Part shown: positions 37,895 to 47,369 of the stretch, one piece after another | How positions within the stretch are numbered: position 1 is the first letter of the stretch | Layout of the letters: each line of letters opens with the position of its first letter | Assembly: GCA_031371325.1 (NCBI GenBank) | Contig: JANMJJ010000198.1 | Location: 492-64,491, forward strand | Source: Akkermansiaceae bacterium | GTDB lineage: Bacteria > Verrucomicrobiota > Verrucomicrobiia > Verrucomicrobiales > Akkermansiaceae | Length of the DNA: 64,000 bases | Reading direction: 5' to 3' | Made by a program: the position numbers and the translations under genes | The notes under the pieces: model-generated | The model's input: only the letters and a program-made list of their open reading frames with translations | Databases searched by the model: none | What the model was told of the DNA's origin: nothing

Positions 37895-38086
37895 TCCCTG
37901 CTAGACGACTGAAATCTTCTTCAAGCGCCCCATGTAAATTCCTGCCATCCCCCCGATCCCTGCTATACGACTGTCCCGTGCCGATTTCACCCCTCAAACC
38001 CGCGCCAACACCCGCAGAATGGCATTTTCTGCAATTCCATCTATACGACTGGGAAAATCCGCCAGTCGTATAATAGGAAGTTAGGC
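37895..38086 (+). other. attI-like integron recombination region (no intI present)
   Basis: Three direct CTA(G/T)ACGACTG motifs (37901, 37963, 38041), an inverted copy CAGTCGTATA (38063-38072), then GTTAGGC (GTTRRRY core, 38080-38086) just before a cassette-like gene pair. Confidence 0.55.
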
Positions 38087-38135
38087 GTTGCTCCGCGCGC
38101 CTTGTAATCCCAGCCGAAAACCCTATGATGAAGAC

Positions 38136-38381
38136 GTGCCCACGATTTTACGCGAACGCGGTTTCCGCTTCTTCTACATGGCCGACAGGTTCGAGCCTCC
38201 ACACGTCCATGTTCAGCGCGACGACTGCGCCGCGAAGCTCTGGCTCGCCCCCCTCGAATTCGCTTTCGTCGAGGGCTTTCGCCGCCACGAAGCCAACGAT
38301 ATTCTTCACATCACAGAACAGCACCGCGACGAATTCCTTCGGGCGTGGTATAAAACCTTCGGAGACCTAAACCATGAATGA
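38136..38381 (+). CDS. DUF4160 family protein (putative TA toxin)
   Basis: MPTILRERGFRFFY...EPPHVHV...AKLWL...GF......I...I.....F..AW...FG. Overlaps the DUF2442 gene. Confidence 0.85.
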   Translation: MPTILRERGFRFFYMADRFEPPHVHVQRDDCAAKLWLAPLEFAFVEGFRRHEANDILHITEQHRDEFLRAWYKTFGDLNHE

Positions 38382-38655
38382 CCTTCGCATCCATCACGTT
38401 ACCTTTACCGCCGATTCCATGTCCGTGAGCTTTTCGGACGAGCGCAGCGTTGCCGTGCCGTGCCGTGCCATGCCTCTCAGTTCCTTCCCTCGTCGTAGCG
38501 CGGCGTCGCAGTCAGAGCGCGAGCAGTGGCAGCTCATCGGGCGTGGCCTCGGAGTTCATTGGGAGTCGCTCGACGAGGATTTGTCCGTCGAGAACGTCCT
38601 TTTGGCATACAGCCGCACCAAGACGTCCGAGTATGCTCACGCTTCGCACACATGA
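38374..38655 (+). CDS. DUF2442 family protein (putative antitoxin), possibly degenerating
   Basis: V.FSD.R.V.VP, FPR..AAS..ER.QWQLIG.G.GVHW.SLDEDLSVEN. A TGCCG microsatellite expansion lies near 38451-38474. Confidence 0.82.
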   Translation: MNDLRIHHVTFTADSMSVSFSDERSVAVPCRAMPLSSFPRRSAASQSEREQWQLIGRGLGVHWESLDEDLSVENVLLAYSRTKTSEYAHASHT

Positions 38656-38662
38656 ACGAAGC

Positions 38663-38765
38663 GCCTAACCATGAAGGGTGCAGCGGAGGCGACGATAGGA
38701 TCCCTCCGACTGCACCCTTTGGACCATACGCTGCTGCGAACCCCGCCTTCGCGCGCCAGCTGCAA
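38663..38765 (+). other. Left part of an attC site interrupted by a 50-bp hairpin
   Basis: GCCTAAC (RYYYAAC) follows the cassette stop codon. Removing 38673-38727 restores GCCTAAC-CATAC-GCTGCTGC-GAAC (R''-spacer-L''). The right half is missing. Confidence 0.6.
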
Positions 38766-38775
38766 CGATCATTCG

Positions 38776-39363
38776 TCACGGCGCGAATTTCGTCACTTCT
38801 TCGGCGATTTTTTCCGCAGCACCTTGGCCGAACTTGTCGGCGTTCTGCGACATGGCGATGACTCCGCCGAGCGGCCAACTGGCTTTATCGATCACAATCC
38901 GCCCGACTTCCTTGCCGGTGGACGCATCGCGCACGAACGCGGTCCCTTCCAGATGGGAACTGCCGGCACCCATGCCAACGAACAGCCGCAGCGAGGCGAC
39001 GCCATTGTTAAAGTTGGTGATTTCACCATCGACCAGCAGCGTCCGGCCCTTGACGGGTTTGGAGCCTACCGATTTGAATTTGGAATGGCCGCTGACTTCG
39101 GTGATGACTTGGCTGGCGATGCTTTCCCCGCATTGTTTCACGGATTGCCGGTATTCGCGTTGCTCCTCGGGGGTCCAGGTTGCAAACGAGTCCGGGTTCG
39201 ACGCGTCGCGCAGCGGGCGCACCACCAAATGATCGTAGTTGCCAGCCACCGGGGTGGACCGACTGCCTGATGGAGTTTGGAGGGACGAGACGCTGCCACA
39301 CGAAGTGAGGCCAAGGGCGAGGAGCAATCCGGCCGAAAGGCGCAGGTTAGGGTGAGTCATCAA
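38776..39363 (-). CDS. Lipoprotein, DUF4410-like
   Basis: Lipobox LGLTSC; LLVDGEITNFNNG...RLFVGMGAGSS. Confidence 0.75.
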   Translation of the reverse strand: MMTHPNLRLSAGLLLALGLTSCGSVSSLQTPSGSRSTPVAGNYDHLVVRPLRDASNPDSFATWTPEEQREYRQSVKQCGESIASQVITEVSGHSKFKSVGSKPVKGRTLLVDGEITNFNNGVASLRLFVGMGAGSSHLEGTAFVRDASTGKEVGRIVIDKASWPLGGVIAMSQNADKFGQGAAEKIAEEVTKFAP

Positions 39364-39544
39364 TAATTGTTAGGCGGTGGCTCGCAAGCTGTCCAGAGTC
39401 ATTCGAGAAAATCATTGGATGGGAACATCGCCAGCGTGCCGTCCGCCGTGCGCGGCCATTCCGTCGGCGGGCGATCCCAATACAACTCGACCCCGTTCTG
39501 GTCGGGATCGCGCAGATAGAGGCCTTGGCTCACCCCATGGCCGC

Positions 39545-40756
39545 TCACGGTCGATAGACATGCCTATTCCGCAGCACCGATTGGAACACCGGCGGCGGAT
39601 TGCAGAGCCGCGCGATCAGGTCGTCCCAGATTTCCTGGCCCTTGAGGATTTCTACCTCGATCCGCAGGAACACCACTGGCACGTCGATGGACTGCGGCCG
39701 CGGAAATCTAACTGCGTCCTTCTCGGTGGTCACGATCAGCTCCATGTCGCGCTCGACGCAGCGCTGCATGAAGTGCTCCACCTCCCGCCGCGAGAACCGA
39801 TAGTGGTCGGAAAAACGCCGCTTGATTTCCACCCGCGCGCCGAGTTTTTCCAACGAGCCCTCGAACGCCTCGGGCACCGCGATCGCGCTGATCGCCCCCA
39901 CCCACTTGTCCGTTAAAAATTCCAGCGGCTGCCGCTCACGCGTGAACACGTCCTCCAGATAGATCGGCCCGTGCGCGCACTCGATGATTTCCGCAGTGCG
40001 GTTGTATTTCCGGATGCGGGCCACGAGCGCTTCGTTCGAACTGCCATTGCACTTGGTGATCATGATGTAACTCGCCCGCCGCAGGTTTTTCGGCGGCTCG
40101 CGCAGCGTCCCGCGCGGCAACAGTGCCTCCGTCCCGAACGGCGAGCCGGAGTCGATCAGCACGATGTCGATCGAGTGCGCGAGGTCGAGGTACTGCATCC
40201 CATCGTCGAGCACGAGCGTGTCCGCGCCGAGTTGGCCGACGGCGAACAGCCCGCCTTTGACGCGGTTTTTGTCCACCACCACCGCCACGCCATCGAGGTT
40301 TTTCGCGAGCATGAACGGCTCGTCGCCGGCGAATTTCGAGTCCAGCAACAGCGCGCTGCCGGTCGAAACCACCTTGGGCATCCGTTCGCCGGGGATCGCA
40401 TTCCCCTGCTTATCCTGCCACTTTTGCGGGCGGTCGAGCTTCTTGCTTTTGTAGCCGCGGGAAAGGATCGCCACGCTGCGCCCGCGGTCGCGCAACGAAC
40501 GCGCCAGCAACTCCACCACCGGCGTCTTGCCGGTGCCGCCGACCGTGATGTTGCCGATGGCCACCACCTGCGTGCCGAGGTAAGCCTGCGGCCGCCAACC
40601 CTTGCGATACCGGCGCAGGCGGATTTGCACGATGATCCGGAAAATCCCGGAAAGCGCCCGCATCGCGAACCGCATCAACGCCGCCCGGAACCCCTTGGCG
40701 CGACCGAAGATCACATCCGCTCCCCAGCGTTCGAGTTCTTCGATGAGTTCCTTCAT
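39545..40756 (-). CDS. lpxK: Tetraacyldisaccharide 4'-kinase
   Basis: [55 protein letters not shown]. Confidence 0.95.
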   Translation of the reverse strand: MKELIEELERWGADVIFGRAKGFRAALMRFAMRALSGIFRIIVQIRLRRYRKGWRPQAYLGTQVVAIGNITVGGTGKTPVVELLARSLRDRGRSVAILSRGYKSKKLDRPQKWQDKQGNAIPGERMPKVVSTGSALLLDSKFAGDEPFMLAKNLDGVAVVVDKNRVKGGLFAVGQLGADTLVLDDGMQYLDLAHSIDIVLIDSGSPFGTEALLPRGTLREPPKNLRRASYIMITKCNGSSNEALVARIRKYNRTAEIIECAHGPIYLEDVFTRERQPLEFLTDKWVGAISAIAVPEAFEGSLEKLGARVEIKRRFSDHYRFSRREVEHFMQRCVERDMELIVTTEKDAVRFPRPQSIDVPVVFLRIEVEILKGQEIWDDLIARLCNPPPVFQSVLRNRHVYRP

Positions 40757-41273
40757 GTCCTGCCAGAACCATGTCCCGCCGCGTCACTTGCGGGCAAGCG
40801 CCAATCCGGCGGGGAAAATTCCCGGCTATTCCGCTCTATCAATTGGTCCTTCTTGCGGCGTCTTCGGTCTGCTTGAATCCCACCGTTGATTGACCCCTCC
40901 CTGAAAAACTCATAACTGCTCATCCTCGTGCCCCCTCTTGCCCTCATTGGCAGCGGCTGCCAATTCCGCCGAACCAAGGGCACCGCGAAGGTTTTGCCTT
41001 GGGTGAAGAAGGTCAACTTTTCAAGCCACACAAAGTTTGGCACTGTGAACTCGGCACGCTCAATGATCTCCTCATGTTGACGCTGAAATCACCGGCATCA
41101 ACCACCGCCCGGGGTTCTTGCTTCTCGGTCGGGCCGTGGTTTCCGGGGCACGCGGGCGACGCTGATCGACAGCCATTGGGTTGACGGGGCAACGAATCCC
41201 GCCAGCCGGAAACATTGCATGAGGGTTGCAATTTCAGGAAATCCGTATTACCTCCGGGCGTCCCAGCCCACAC

Positions 41274-41921
41274 ATGACCTCGATTCGAACTATTGCCCGG
41301 TTTTCCGCAGCCATTGCCACACTCTTGCTGGCGAGTTGCGCCAACCACAAACCCGGTGCCCAATCCACCAAAGACGGCAAGCCGGTAAATCCTTTTCCCG
41401 CCGGCACCTACGATCATTTCAAGGCCGAGCCGAACTACCCGAAAACTTTCTCGGTCTGGAAAAACGAAGAGGTCTTCTCCCGCACCAATCCCGAGAACTC
41501 CTCGATCCGCATCAGCCTCGCGCAACAACGCGGCTTCCTCATGAATGGCGACGAGGTGGCGTTGGACTACCCGGTATCCTCCGGCGTCCCCGCCCGTCCC
41601 ACGCCGACCGGCACGTTTTATATCCTCGAAAAAGTCGTGGATAAAAAATCCAACAAATACGGCCACATCTACGACGCCGCCGGCGAAGAAGTGAACGGCA
41701 ACGCCGACCTATCCCTAGACGCCGTCCCCGAAGGCGGTCGCTTCGAAGGAGCCTCGATGCGTTACTGGATGCGCCTCACCAACGACGGCGTCGGCCACCA
41801 CATCGGGCCCTTGCCCAAGAGCCGCCGCCCGGCTTCCCATGCTTGCATCCGCGGGCCGAGCGCCACGATCCCGATCGTCTATTCCAAGGTGAAACCCGGA
41901 ACTCGGGTCGTCGTCGAGTGA
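41274..41921 (+). CDS. L,D-transpeptidase (YkuD) family lipoprotein
   Basis: Lipobox LLASC; VSSG....TPTGTF.I.EK, MRYWMRL, ASHACIR. Confidence 0.9.
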   Translation: MTSIRTIARFSAAIATLLLASCANHKPGAQSTKDGKPVNPFPAGTYDHFKAEPNYPKTFSVWKNEEVFSRTNPENSSIRISLAQQRGFLMNGDEVALDYPVSSGVPARPTPTGTFYILEKVVDKKSNKYGHIYDAAGEEVNGNADLSLDAVPEGGRFEGASMRYWMRLTNDGVGHHIGPLPKSRRPASHACIRGPSATIPIVYSKVKPGTRVVVE

Positions 41922-41944
41922 TCGCGTGATCTCAGTTTCCACGA

Positions 41945-41978
41945 AAAAGGCCCGGACGCATCAGCATCCGGGCCTTTT
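41945..41978. terminator. Bidirectional intrinsic terminator
   Basis: AAAAGGCCCGGA-loop-TCCGGGCCTTTT between convergent genes. Confidence 0.8.
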
Positions 41979-42008
41979 GATTTCAACCGTGGCACACCCG
42001 GTTGCTGG

Positions 42009-42431
42009 TCACTTGTCCTCTTCCTTGACGAACTTCTTGTGGCCCGCCTTTTTCATCTCCTTGAGCGAATCGACAATCTTCGCGACCTCGTCGATTTTGC
42101 CATTGAGAAACGCTTCTTCCACCTCGCAAAGCGTGACGTAGAGCTTGCCGATCATCTTGTGATACTCCGCAAATGCCTTCGCTTTCTCGGCACCTTCCGG
42201 CATGTCCTTGATCGTTTGGGGAACTTCCACGGCCCCTTTGAGCGCCGCTGCCTGGGCCTCGCGGGCTTGGGCGGCACCCTTCACCGGATCGGCCTCCTTG
42301 CGGAACGCTTTGAACGCATCGTTCATCGCTTCCATCTGCTTGCCCAAGGCCGTGGGTTCCTTTTCCTCCGCCCGTGCTGGGATCAGCATAAGTCCTGCCG
42401 CACAGCCCATTAGAAACAGTTGTTTTTTCAT
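42009..42431 (-). CDS. Cytochrome b562-like periplasmic four-helix protein
   Basis: Signal peptide; KQMEAMNDAFK (Met ligand position) and C-terminal KKAGHKKF (His ligand position). Confidence 0.65.
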   Translation of the reverse strand: MKKQLFLMGCAAGLMLIPARAEEKEPTALGKQMEAMNDAFKAFRKEADPVKGAAQAREAQAAALKGAVEVPQTIKDMPEGAEKAKAFAEYHKMIGKLYVTLCEVEEAFLNGKIDEVAKIVDSLKEMKKAGHKKFVKEEDK

Positions 42432-42478
42432 GTGCCCGGAATACGAGCGAAAATCGCCCTCACTTCCAACCGCAAATT

Positions 42479-44782
42479 TTGCGTTTTATTTTTCGCGCCA
42501 TTCCCGCCATCTTGCCGCGCTTGAACTTGAAACTGAAATGGCGGCGCGGGGTCATTCGCATCGGCGGCGCAGGCTTGCTGGCGGCGTTGCTGGGATGGTT
42601 TGCCTTGCCCTTCGCGGTTTCCCTGCCCGCAGGCTTGTTGGAAAATCCGGTGGCCTCGCCAGTTCTGTTGGACCGCCATGGCACGCCCATTCTGCACCTC
42701 ACGCTGCCGGATGCATCCCGCGCGACTCCCGTTAGGCTCGGCGAGGTTCCGGCCGACCTCATCGCCTGCACGCTCGCCGCCGAGGACAAGCGTTTCTATC
42801 AACACGGCGGGATCGACCTACTGGCCACATTGCGGGCGGGCCGCGATTTTTTCGCCCACCGCCGGGTGGTTTCCGGGGCCTCCACCATCACCCAGCAGCT
42901 TGTTAAAATTTCCTCGCCACCTGCGAAACGCAGCCCGTTCACCAAACTTTACGAAGCGCTTGCCGCCCGCCGCCTTGAGATGACTTGGACGAAACGCCAG
43001 ATCCTCGCCGCCTATCTCAACCGTCTCGACTACGGAAATCTCCGCATCGGCACCGCCGAGGCCGCGCGGTTCTTGTTCCAAAAACCCCTCGCCGACCTCT
43101 CGCTGGCGGAATGCGCCCTGCTCGCCGGCCTCCCGCAAGCCCCGTCGCGCCTCAACCCCATCAACCACCCCCAGCGTGCCACCGTCCGCCGCAACACCGT
43201 CCTCAATCGCCTCGCCGCCATTGGAAATCCCGACCCGACCCGCATTTCCGCCGCCCTCGCCGAGCCGCTCACCCTCCGCCCGCTCAGCGAATCCCAGCCC
43301 GCCCCGTGGCTTGCCCTGCAATCTCAAATTTCAAATTTCAAATTTCAAATCCAGACCACCCTCGACCTTCCGCTCCAGCGCGACCTCGAAGCCATCGTCC
43401 GCGAGGAAACCACCAAGCTCAGGGACGCCAACCTTCGCCACGCCGCCGTTGTCGTCATCGACAACCCCACCGGCGAAATCCTCGCCCTCGTTTCCTCCGC
43501 CGATTGGAACGACCCGCGCGGCGGCCAACTCAACGGCGCACTCACCCCGCGCTCGCCCGGCTCCACGCTCAAGCCCTTCACCTACCTCCTCGCCATGGAG
43601 CGGAACCACCGCGTCCCGGCTTCCATCCTCGCCGATATACCGAGCCCATTCCGCACCCCGCAAGGCCTCGATCTGCCGGAAAATTACGACCACAGCTACC
43701 GCGGCCCCGTCACCCTCCGCACCGCGCTCGCCTGCTCGCTCAATGTTCCGGCCCTCCGCGAACTCAATTTCCTCGGCGGGCCGCAACCCTTGTTCGAGCT
43801 GCTGGAAAACCTCGGCATCACCACGCTAGGCACCGATTCCTCCGTCCACGGCCTCGGCCTAACACTCGGTAACGCCCCCGTCCGCTTGCTCGAACTCACC
43901 AACGCCTACGCCACCCTCGCCCGCCAAGGCCGCTACTTCCCGCCACTTCTCTTCCCTTCAAAGTTCAATGTTGGCCGTTCGATGTTCGATGTTCGCAGTG
44001 CCTACCTCATCGCCGACATCCTCTCCGACGCCGACGCCCGCGCCCCCTCGTTCCAACCCGGTGGCCCGCTCGACCTGCCATTCCGTTGCGCCGTGAAAAC
44101 TGGCACGTCCTCCGACTTCCACGACAACTGGTGCCTCGGCTTCACCCCGGAATTCACCGTCGGCGTGTGGGCGGGAAATTTCGAGCAACAGCCGATGAAA
44201 GGCCTCTCCGGGATCGCCGGGGCCGGCCCCGTTTTCCACCGCACCATGCTCCGGCTCTATCAGAATGGCACGCCCACCTGGTTCCCGCGCCCCGCCGGAC
44301 TGGCGGAAATCACCATCGACCCGCGAAACGGAAAAATCATTCCCGCCGGCGACAAGAGTGCCCGCCGCGATCTCGCCCCCGCCGACCAACTCCCGCCCGC
44401 CGCCACTCCCGCCGACTACGACTCCACCGGCAAAGCCCTCCTTGATCCCACTTACGCTGGCTGGTTCGCCAGCCGCCACAATCTCCGCCGCAATGATCTT
44501 GCCCTTAGCACCACGGCACTCGCCCGGGAAGGCCTCCGCATCATCAGCCCGCCCGACAATTCCACCTTCCTCCTCGATCCAGAAATCCCCTCAGGCTCCG
44601 ACCAGCTCCGCCCCGTCACCAATCTCCCCGGCACCGCCCGTTGGCAGTCGGACACCCTGCGCATCGAACCCGCCAGCCCCGAGCCGATCATCCACCTCAC
44701 CGCCGGCACCCACGTCCTAACCGCCACCGATCCCGCGACGGGCGTCACCCACACCCTGACGCTCCGCGTGAAATCTTTGTAA
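42479..44782 (+). CDS. pbpC: Penicillin-binding protein 1C (start uncertain)
   Basis: Transglycosylase motifs EDKRFYQHGG, GASTITQQL. Transpeptidase motifs GSTLKPF, SLNVPA, KTGTS. C-terminal IISPPDNS domain. Confidence 0.9.
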   Translation: MRFIFRAIPAILPRLNLKLKWRRGVIRIGGAGLLAALLGWFALPFAVSLPAGLLENPVASPVLLDRHGTPILHLTLPDASRATPVRLGEVPADLIACTLAAEDKRFYQHGGIDLLATLRAGRDFFAHRRVVSGASTITQQLVKISSPPAKRSPFTKLYEALAARRLEMTWTKRQILAAYLNRLDYGNLRIGTAEAARFLFQKPLADLSLAECALLAGLPQAPSRLNPINHPQRATVRRNTVLNRLAAIGNPDPTRISAALAEPLTLRPLSESQPAPWLALQSQISNFKFQIQTTLDLPLQRDLEAIVREETTKLRDANLRHAAVVVIDNPTGEILALVSSADWNDPRGGQLNGALTPRSPGSTLKPFTYLLAMERNHRVPASILADIPSPFRTPQGLDLPENYDHSYRGPVTLRTALACSLNVPALRELNFLGGPQPLFELLENLGITTLGTDSSVHGLGLTLGNAPVRLLELTNAYATLARQGRYFPPLLFPSKFNVGRSMFDVRSAYLIADILSDADARAPSFQPGGPLDLPFRCAVKTGTSSDFHDNWCLGFTPEFTVGVWAGNFEQQPMKGLSGIAGAGPVFHRTMLRLYQNGTPTWFPRPAGLAEITIDPRNGKIIPAGDKSARRDLAPADQLPPAATPADYDSTGKALLDPTYAGWFASRHNLRRNDLALSTTALAREGLRIISPPDNSTFLLDPEIPSGSDQLRPVTNLPGTARWQSDTLRIEPASPEPIIHLTAGTHVLTATDPATGVTHTLTLRVKSL
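43321..43348 (+). repeat. Heptamer tandem run (ATTTCAA x4) in the pbpC TG/TP linker
   Basis: ATCTCAA ATTTCAA ATTTCAA ATTTCAA, an AT-rich island in a GC-rich gene. Confidence 0.8.
43961..43995 (+). repeat. Heptamer tandem run (ATGTTCG-like x5) inside pbpC
   Basis: AAGTTCA ATGTTGG CCGTTCG ATGTTCG ATGTTCG. Confidence 0.7.
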
Positions 44783-44862
44783 GTAGTCCAGCTTGGAAAA
44801 TTCCGCCCGTTTTCCCTCAGGAAATCAGTTGCGACCACACCCATGAACCGTAGAATCCCGCC

Positions 44863-45615
44863 ATGATTGCAGAAACACTCACCCTCGCGCAGATCGGCTA
44901 CGGCCACGGTGCAGGTTATGGCACAGGCGGCTTTTCGATGACCTACATCGTCATCATCGGCGTCTCCATGCTGGCCAGCTTCCTCATCAGCAACACCCTC
45001 AAACGCCGCTTCACCGAATACTCGCAAATCCCGATCCGGATGACCGGAGCGCAGGTCGCCGAAATGATGCTGCGCCAAAATGGCATCAACGACGTGCAAG
45101 TCATCAGCGTGCCCGGCCAGCTAACCGATCACTACGATCCGCTCAAAAAAACCGTGAACCTCAGCGAGTCCGTTTACGCGATGAACTCGGTCGCCGCCGC
45201 TGCCGTGGCCGCGCACGAGTGCGGCCACGCCGTGCAGCACCAGCAAGCTTACGTCTGGCTCGGCCTCCGCTCGAAACTTGTGCCTGCCGTCGAGTTCTCC
45301 AGCAAGATGCTCAACTACGTGATGATCCTCGGTTTCCTCGGCATCGGCTTCATGCACAACCTGACCATGCTGTGGGTCTGGGTCGGGCTTTTCGCCGTCA
45401 CCACCTTGTTCTCCTTCGTCACGCTGCCCGTCGAATTCGACGCCAGCCGCCGCGCCCTGGTCTGGATGGAGAGCAGCGGGATCGCCTCGAGCATCGAGCA
45501 CGACCGCGCCAAGAATGCCCTCTTCTGGGCCGCCATGACCTACGTCGCCGCCGCCATCGGCTCGCTCGCCCAGCTCCTGTATTTCCTGATGATGGCCCTC
45601 GGCCGCCGGGACTAA
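44863..45615 (+). CDS. Membrane zinc metallopeptidase (YugP family)
   Basis: LTDHYDP, AVAAHECGHAVQH, TLPVEFDASRRA, AAMTYVAAA. Confidence 0.92.
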   Translation: MIAETLTLAQIGYGHGAGYGTGGFSMTYIVIIGVSMLASFLISNTLKRRFTEYSQIPIRMTGAQVAEMMLRQNGINDVQVISVPGQLTDHYDPLKKTVNLSESVYAMNSVAAAAVAAHECGHAVQHQQAYVWLGLRSKLVPAVEFSSKMLNYVMILGFLGIGFMHNLTMLWVWVGLFAVTTLFSFVTLPVEFDASRRALVWMESSGIASSIEHDRAKNALFWAAMTYVAAAIGSLAQLLYFLMMALGRRD

Positions 45616-45649
45616 CAGGAGTGCCACACAACTGACAAAGTTCCCCGGT

Positions 45650-45850
45650 CAGCCGCCAGTCGTTGTAGCGAACGAACCATTTCCCCACTCCCGTCCGCAA
45701 AGCCGTGACGGTGGAATGCTCAAACAGATAGATTTCCTCGTATTTGATGCTCCTCCACCGACGCTCGATGAAGACGTTGTCCATCCAGCGCCCGCGGCCG
45801 TCCATGCTGATTTTTATCCCAAGATCCAACAGGCGACCGGTCCATTCGGC
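45650..45850 (-). mobile_element. IS3-family transposase C-terminal fragment
   Basis: GIKISMDGRGRWMDNVFIERRWRSIKYEEIYL...RYNDWR is the integrase-core end of IS3-family OrfB. Confidence 0.85.
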
Positions 45851-45958
45851 GGAGGTGCTTGTTTCGAGCGGGTGTCGATACGGACTTTAGCTTCCCCGCA
45901 GCGCACTTTGGTTCCCCTGCGTGCCCCTCAAATCCCTTTATTCAAAGGATTTAAGGAG

Positions 45959-46030
45959 TGTCCCCGCCGTGAATCGAACACGGATCTACAGTTTAGGAAA
46001 CCATCGTTCTATCCGTTGAACTACGGGGAC
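45959..46030 (-). tRNA. tRNA-Arg(CCT)
   Basis: GTCCCCG acceptor stem, D arm GTTCAACGGATAGAAC, anticodon loop TT-CCT-AA, T loop TTCGATT. CCA is not encoded. Confidence 0.95.
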
Positions 46031-46098
46031 TGGCAATGCCGGAAGGCGGGGAGGAGATAACCGGGCGGTGAGGGGCAGGCAAGCCAGTTGTGATGCGG

Positions 46099-47328
46099 CT
46101 AGGGCAGGCGCTGGGCGGAGTAGATGCCTTTGGAGCCGCTGCAACGGTAGGCGATGATGCAGGCGGTGGCGATGTAGAGGCCGTTGCCCGCGCCGAAAAG
46201 TTCCATGCCAAGGAAGGTGGAGGCCAGCGGGGTGTTGGTGGCACCGGCGAAAATGGCGACGAAGCCGAGCGCGGCGAAAAGATCGACCGGGGCACCGAGG
46301 GCGAGGGCGAGGGTGTTGCCGAGGGCGGCCCCGATGAAGAACAGCGGGGTGACTTCGCCGCCTTTGAAGCCGGCGCTGAGGGTGATGACGGTGAAGAGGA
46401 GTTTCCAGGCCCAGGCCGTGACCGGGATTTCAGTGGAGGTGAAAAGGGCGGGCAAGGTGATGGCGTCGGGGCGATTTCCCAAGACCCCGAGGCCGAGGTA
46501 GTCGGGGGTGTCGGCGAGGAAAAACAGGCCGATGACGATGAGTCCACCGACGACGGGGCGGAGTTCGGCGCGGGGAATGTAGCTCTTGAAAGCCGCGCCC
46601 AAGCGGTGGGAAAAGTTGGAGAACACCGAACTCGTTAGACCGAAGGCGACAGCGGCGAGCATGACTTTCCCCATCAGCCAGGGATTGGGCAAGGTGCCGG
46701 TGGCAAGCACGTTGACCTGATAGTGGGTGTGGCCGATGCCCCAGGTGCGGCAGGTCCAGTCGGCGAGGACGGCGGCGAAGAAGCAGGGAATGAGCGCATC
46801 GTATTGAACCCTGCCGACGACGAGGACTTCCAACGCGAACACCGCGCCGGCGACGGGGGTGCCGAAAATGGAGCCGAAGCCGGCGGCCACTCCGGCCATC
46901 AGCAAAATCCTAACAACGGGGGGATCGAGCTTGAGGAAGCGGGCGAAAGTGGCGGCGATGCTGCCGCCCATTTGCAGGGCGGTGCCTTCGCGGCCGGCCG
47001 AGCCGCCGAAGAGGTGGGTGACGAGAGTGCCTATCAGAATGAGCGGGGCCATGCGGCGGGGGACGCCGGCGCCGGGTTGGTGGATTTCATCGATGAGCAG
47101 GTTGTTGCCGCCGTCCGCAGATTTGCCGTAGAGGTGATAGAGCATGCCGACGCAGAGACCGGCGATGGGGAGAAGAAACAGCAGGCCCGGATAGGTGAAG
47201 CGGACGCGGGTGACGAAATCGAGCGCCCACAGGAAGAAGGCGGAGGCGGAACCGACGGCGATGGCCAGCGGAGTGAGGAGGGCGAACCACCGGAGGGTGG
47301 TTCGAAGATGGGGAAACAGTCGCTTCAT
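46099..47328 (-). CDS. eriC: CLC-F type fluoride/proton antiporter (EriC family)
   Basis: GNNLL, GREGT and GEVTP signatures of the fluoride-specific CLC clade. Confidence 0.88.
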   Translation of the reverse strand: MKRLFPHLRTTLRWFALLTPLAIAVGSASAFFLWALDFVTRVRFTYPGLLFLLPIAGLCVGMLYHLYGKSADGGNNLLIDEIHQPGAGVPRRMAPLILIGTLVTHLFGGSAGREGTALQMGGSIAATFARFLKLDPPVVRILLMAGVAAGFGSIFGTPVAGAVFALEVLVVGRVQYDALIPCFFAAVLADWTCRTWGIGHTHYQVNVLATGTLPNPWLMGKVMLAAVAFGLTSSVFSNFSHRLGAAFKSYIPRAELRPVVGGLIVIGLFFLADTPDYLGLGVLGNRPDAITLPALFTSTEIPVTAWAWKLLFTVITLSAGFKGGEVTPLFFIGAALGNTLALALGAPVDLFAALGFVAIFAGATNTPLASTFLGMELFGAGNGLYIATACIIAYRCSGSKGIYSAQRLP

Positions 47329-47369
47329 CTCGTGTGGCTCGGGAGTGCCGAAGAGATAAGGCCATGCTT

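Noticed and set aside
39369-39375. GTTAGGC as the missing right end of the attC, making the lipoprotein gene part of the integron
   Set aside because: There is no adjacent L' box complementary to GCTGCTGC, and GTTAG is frequent throughout the window.
40895-41080. Decayed lipoprotein-like reading frame (LALIGSGC)
   Set aside because: It has an in-frame stop, no start codon and no recognisable family.
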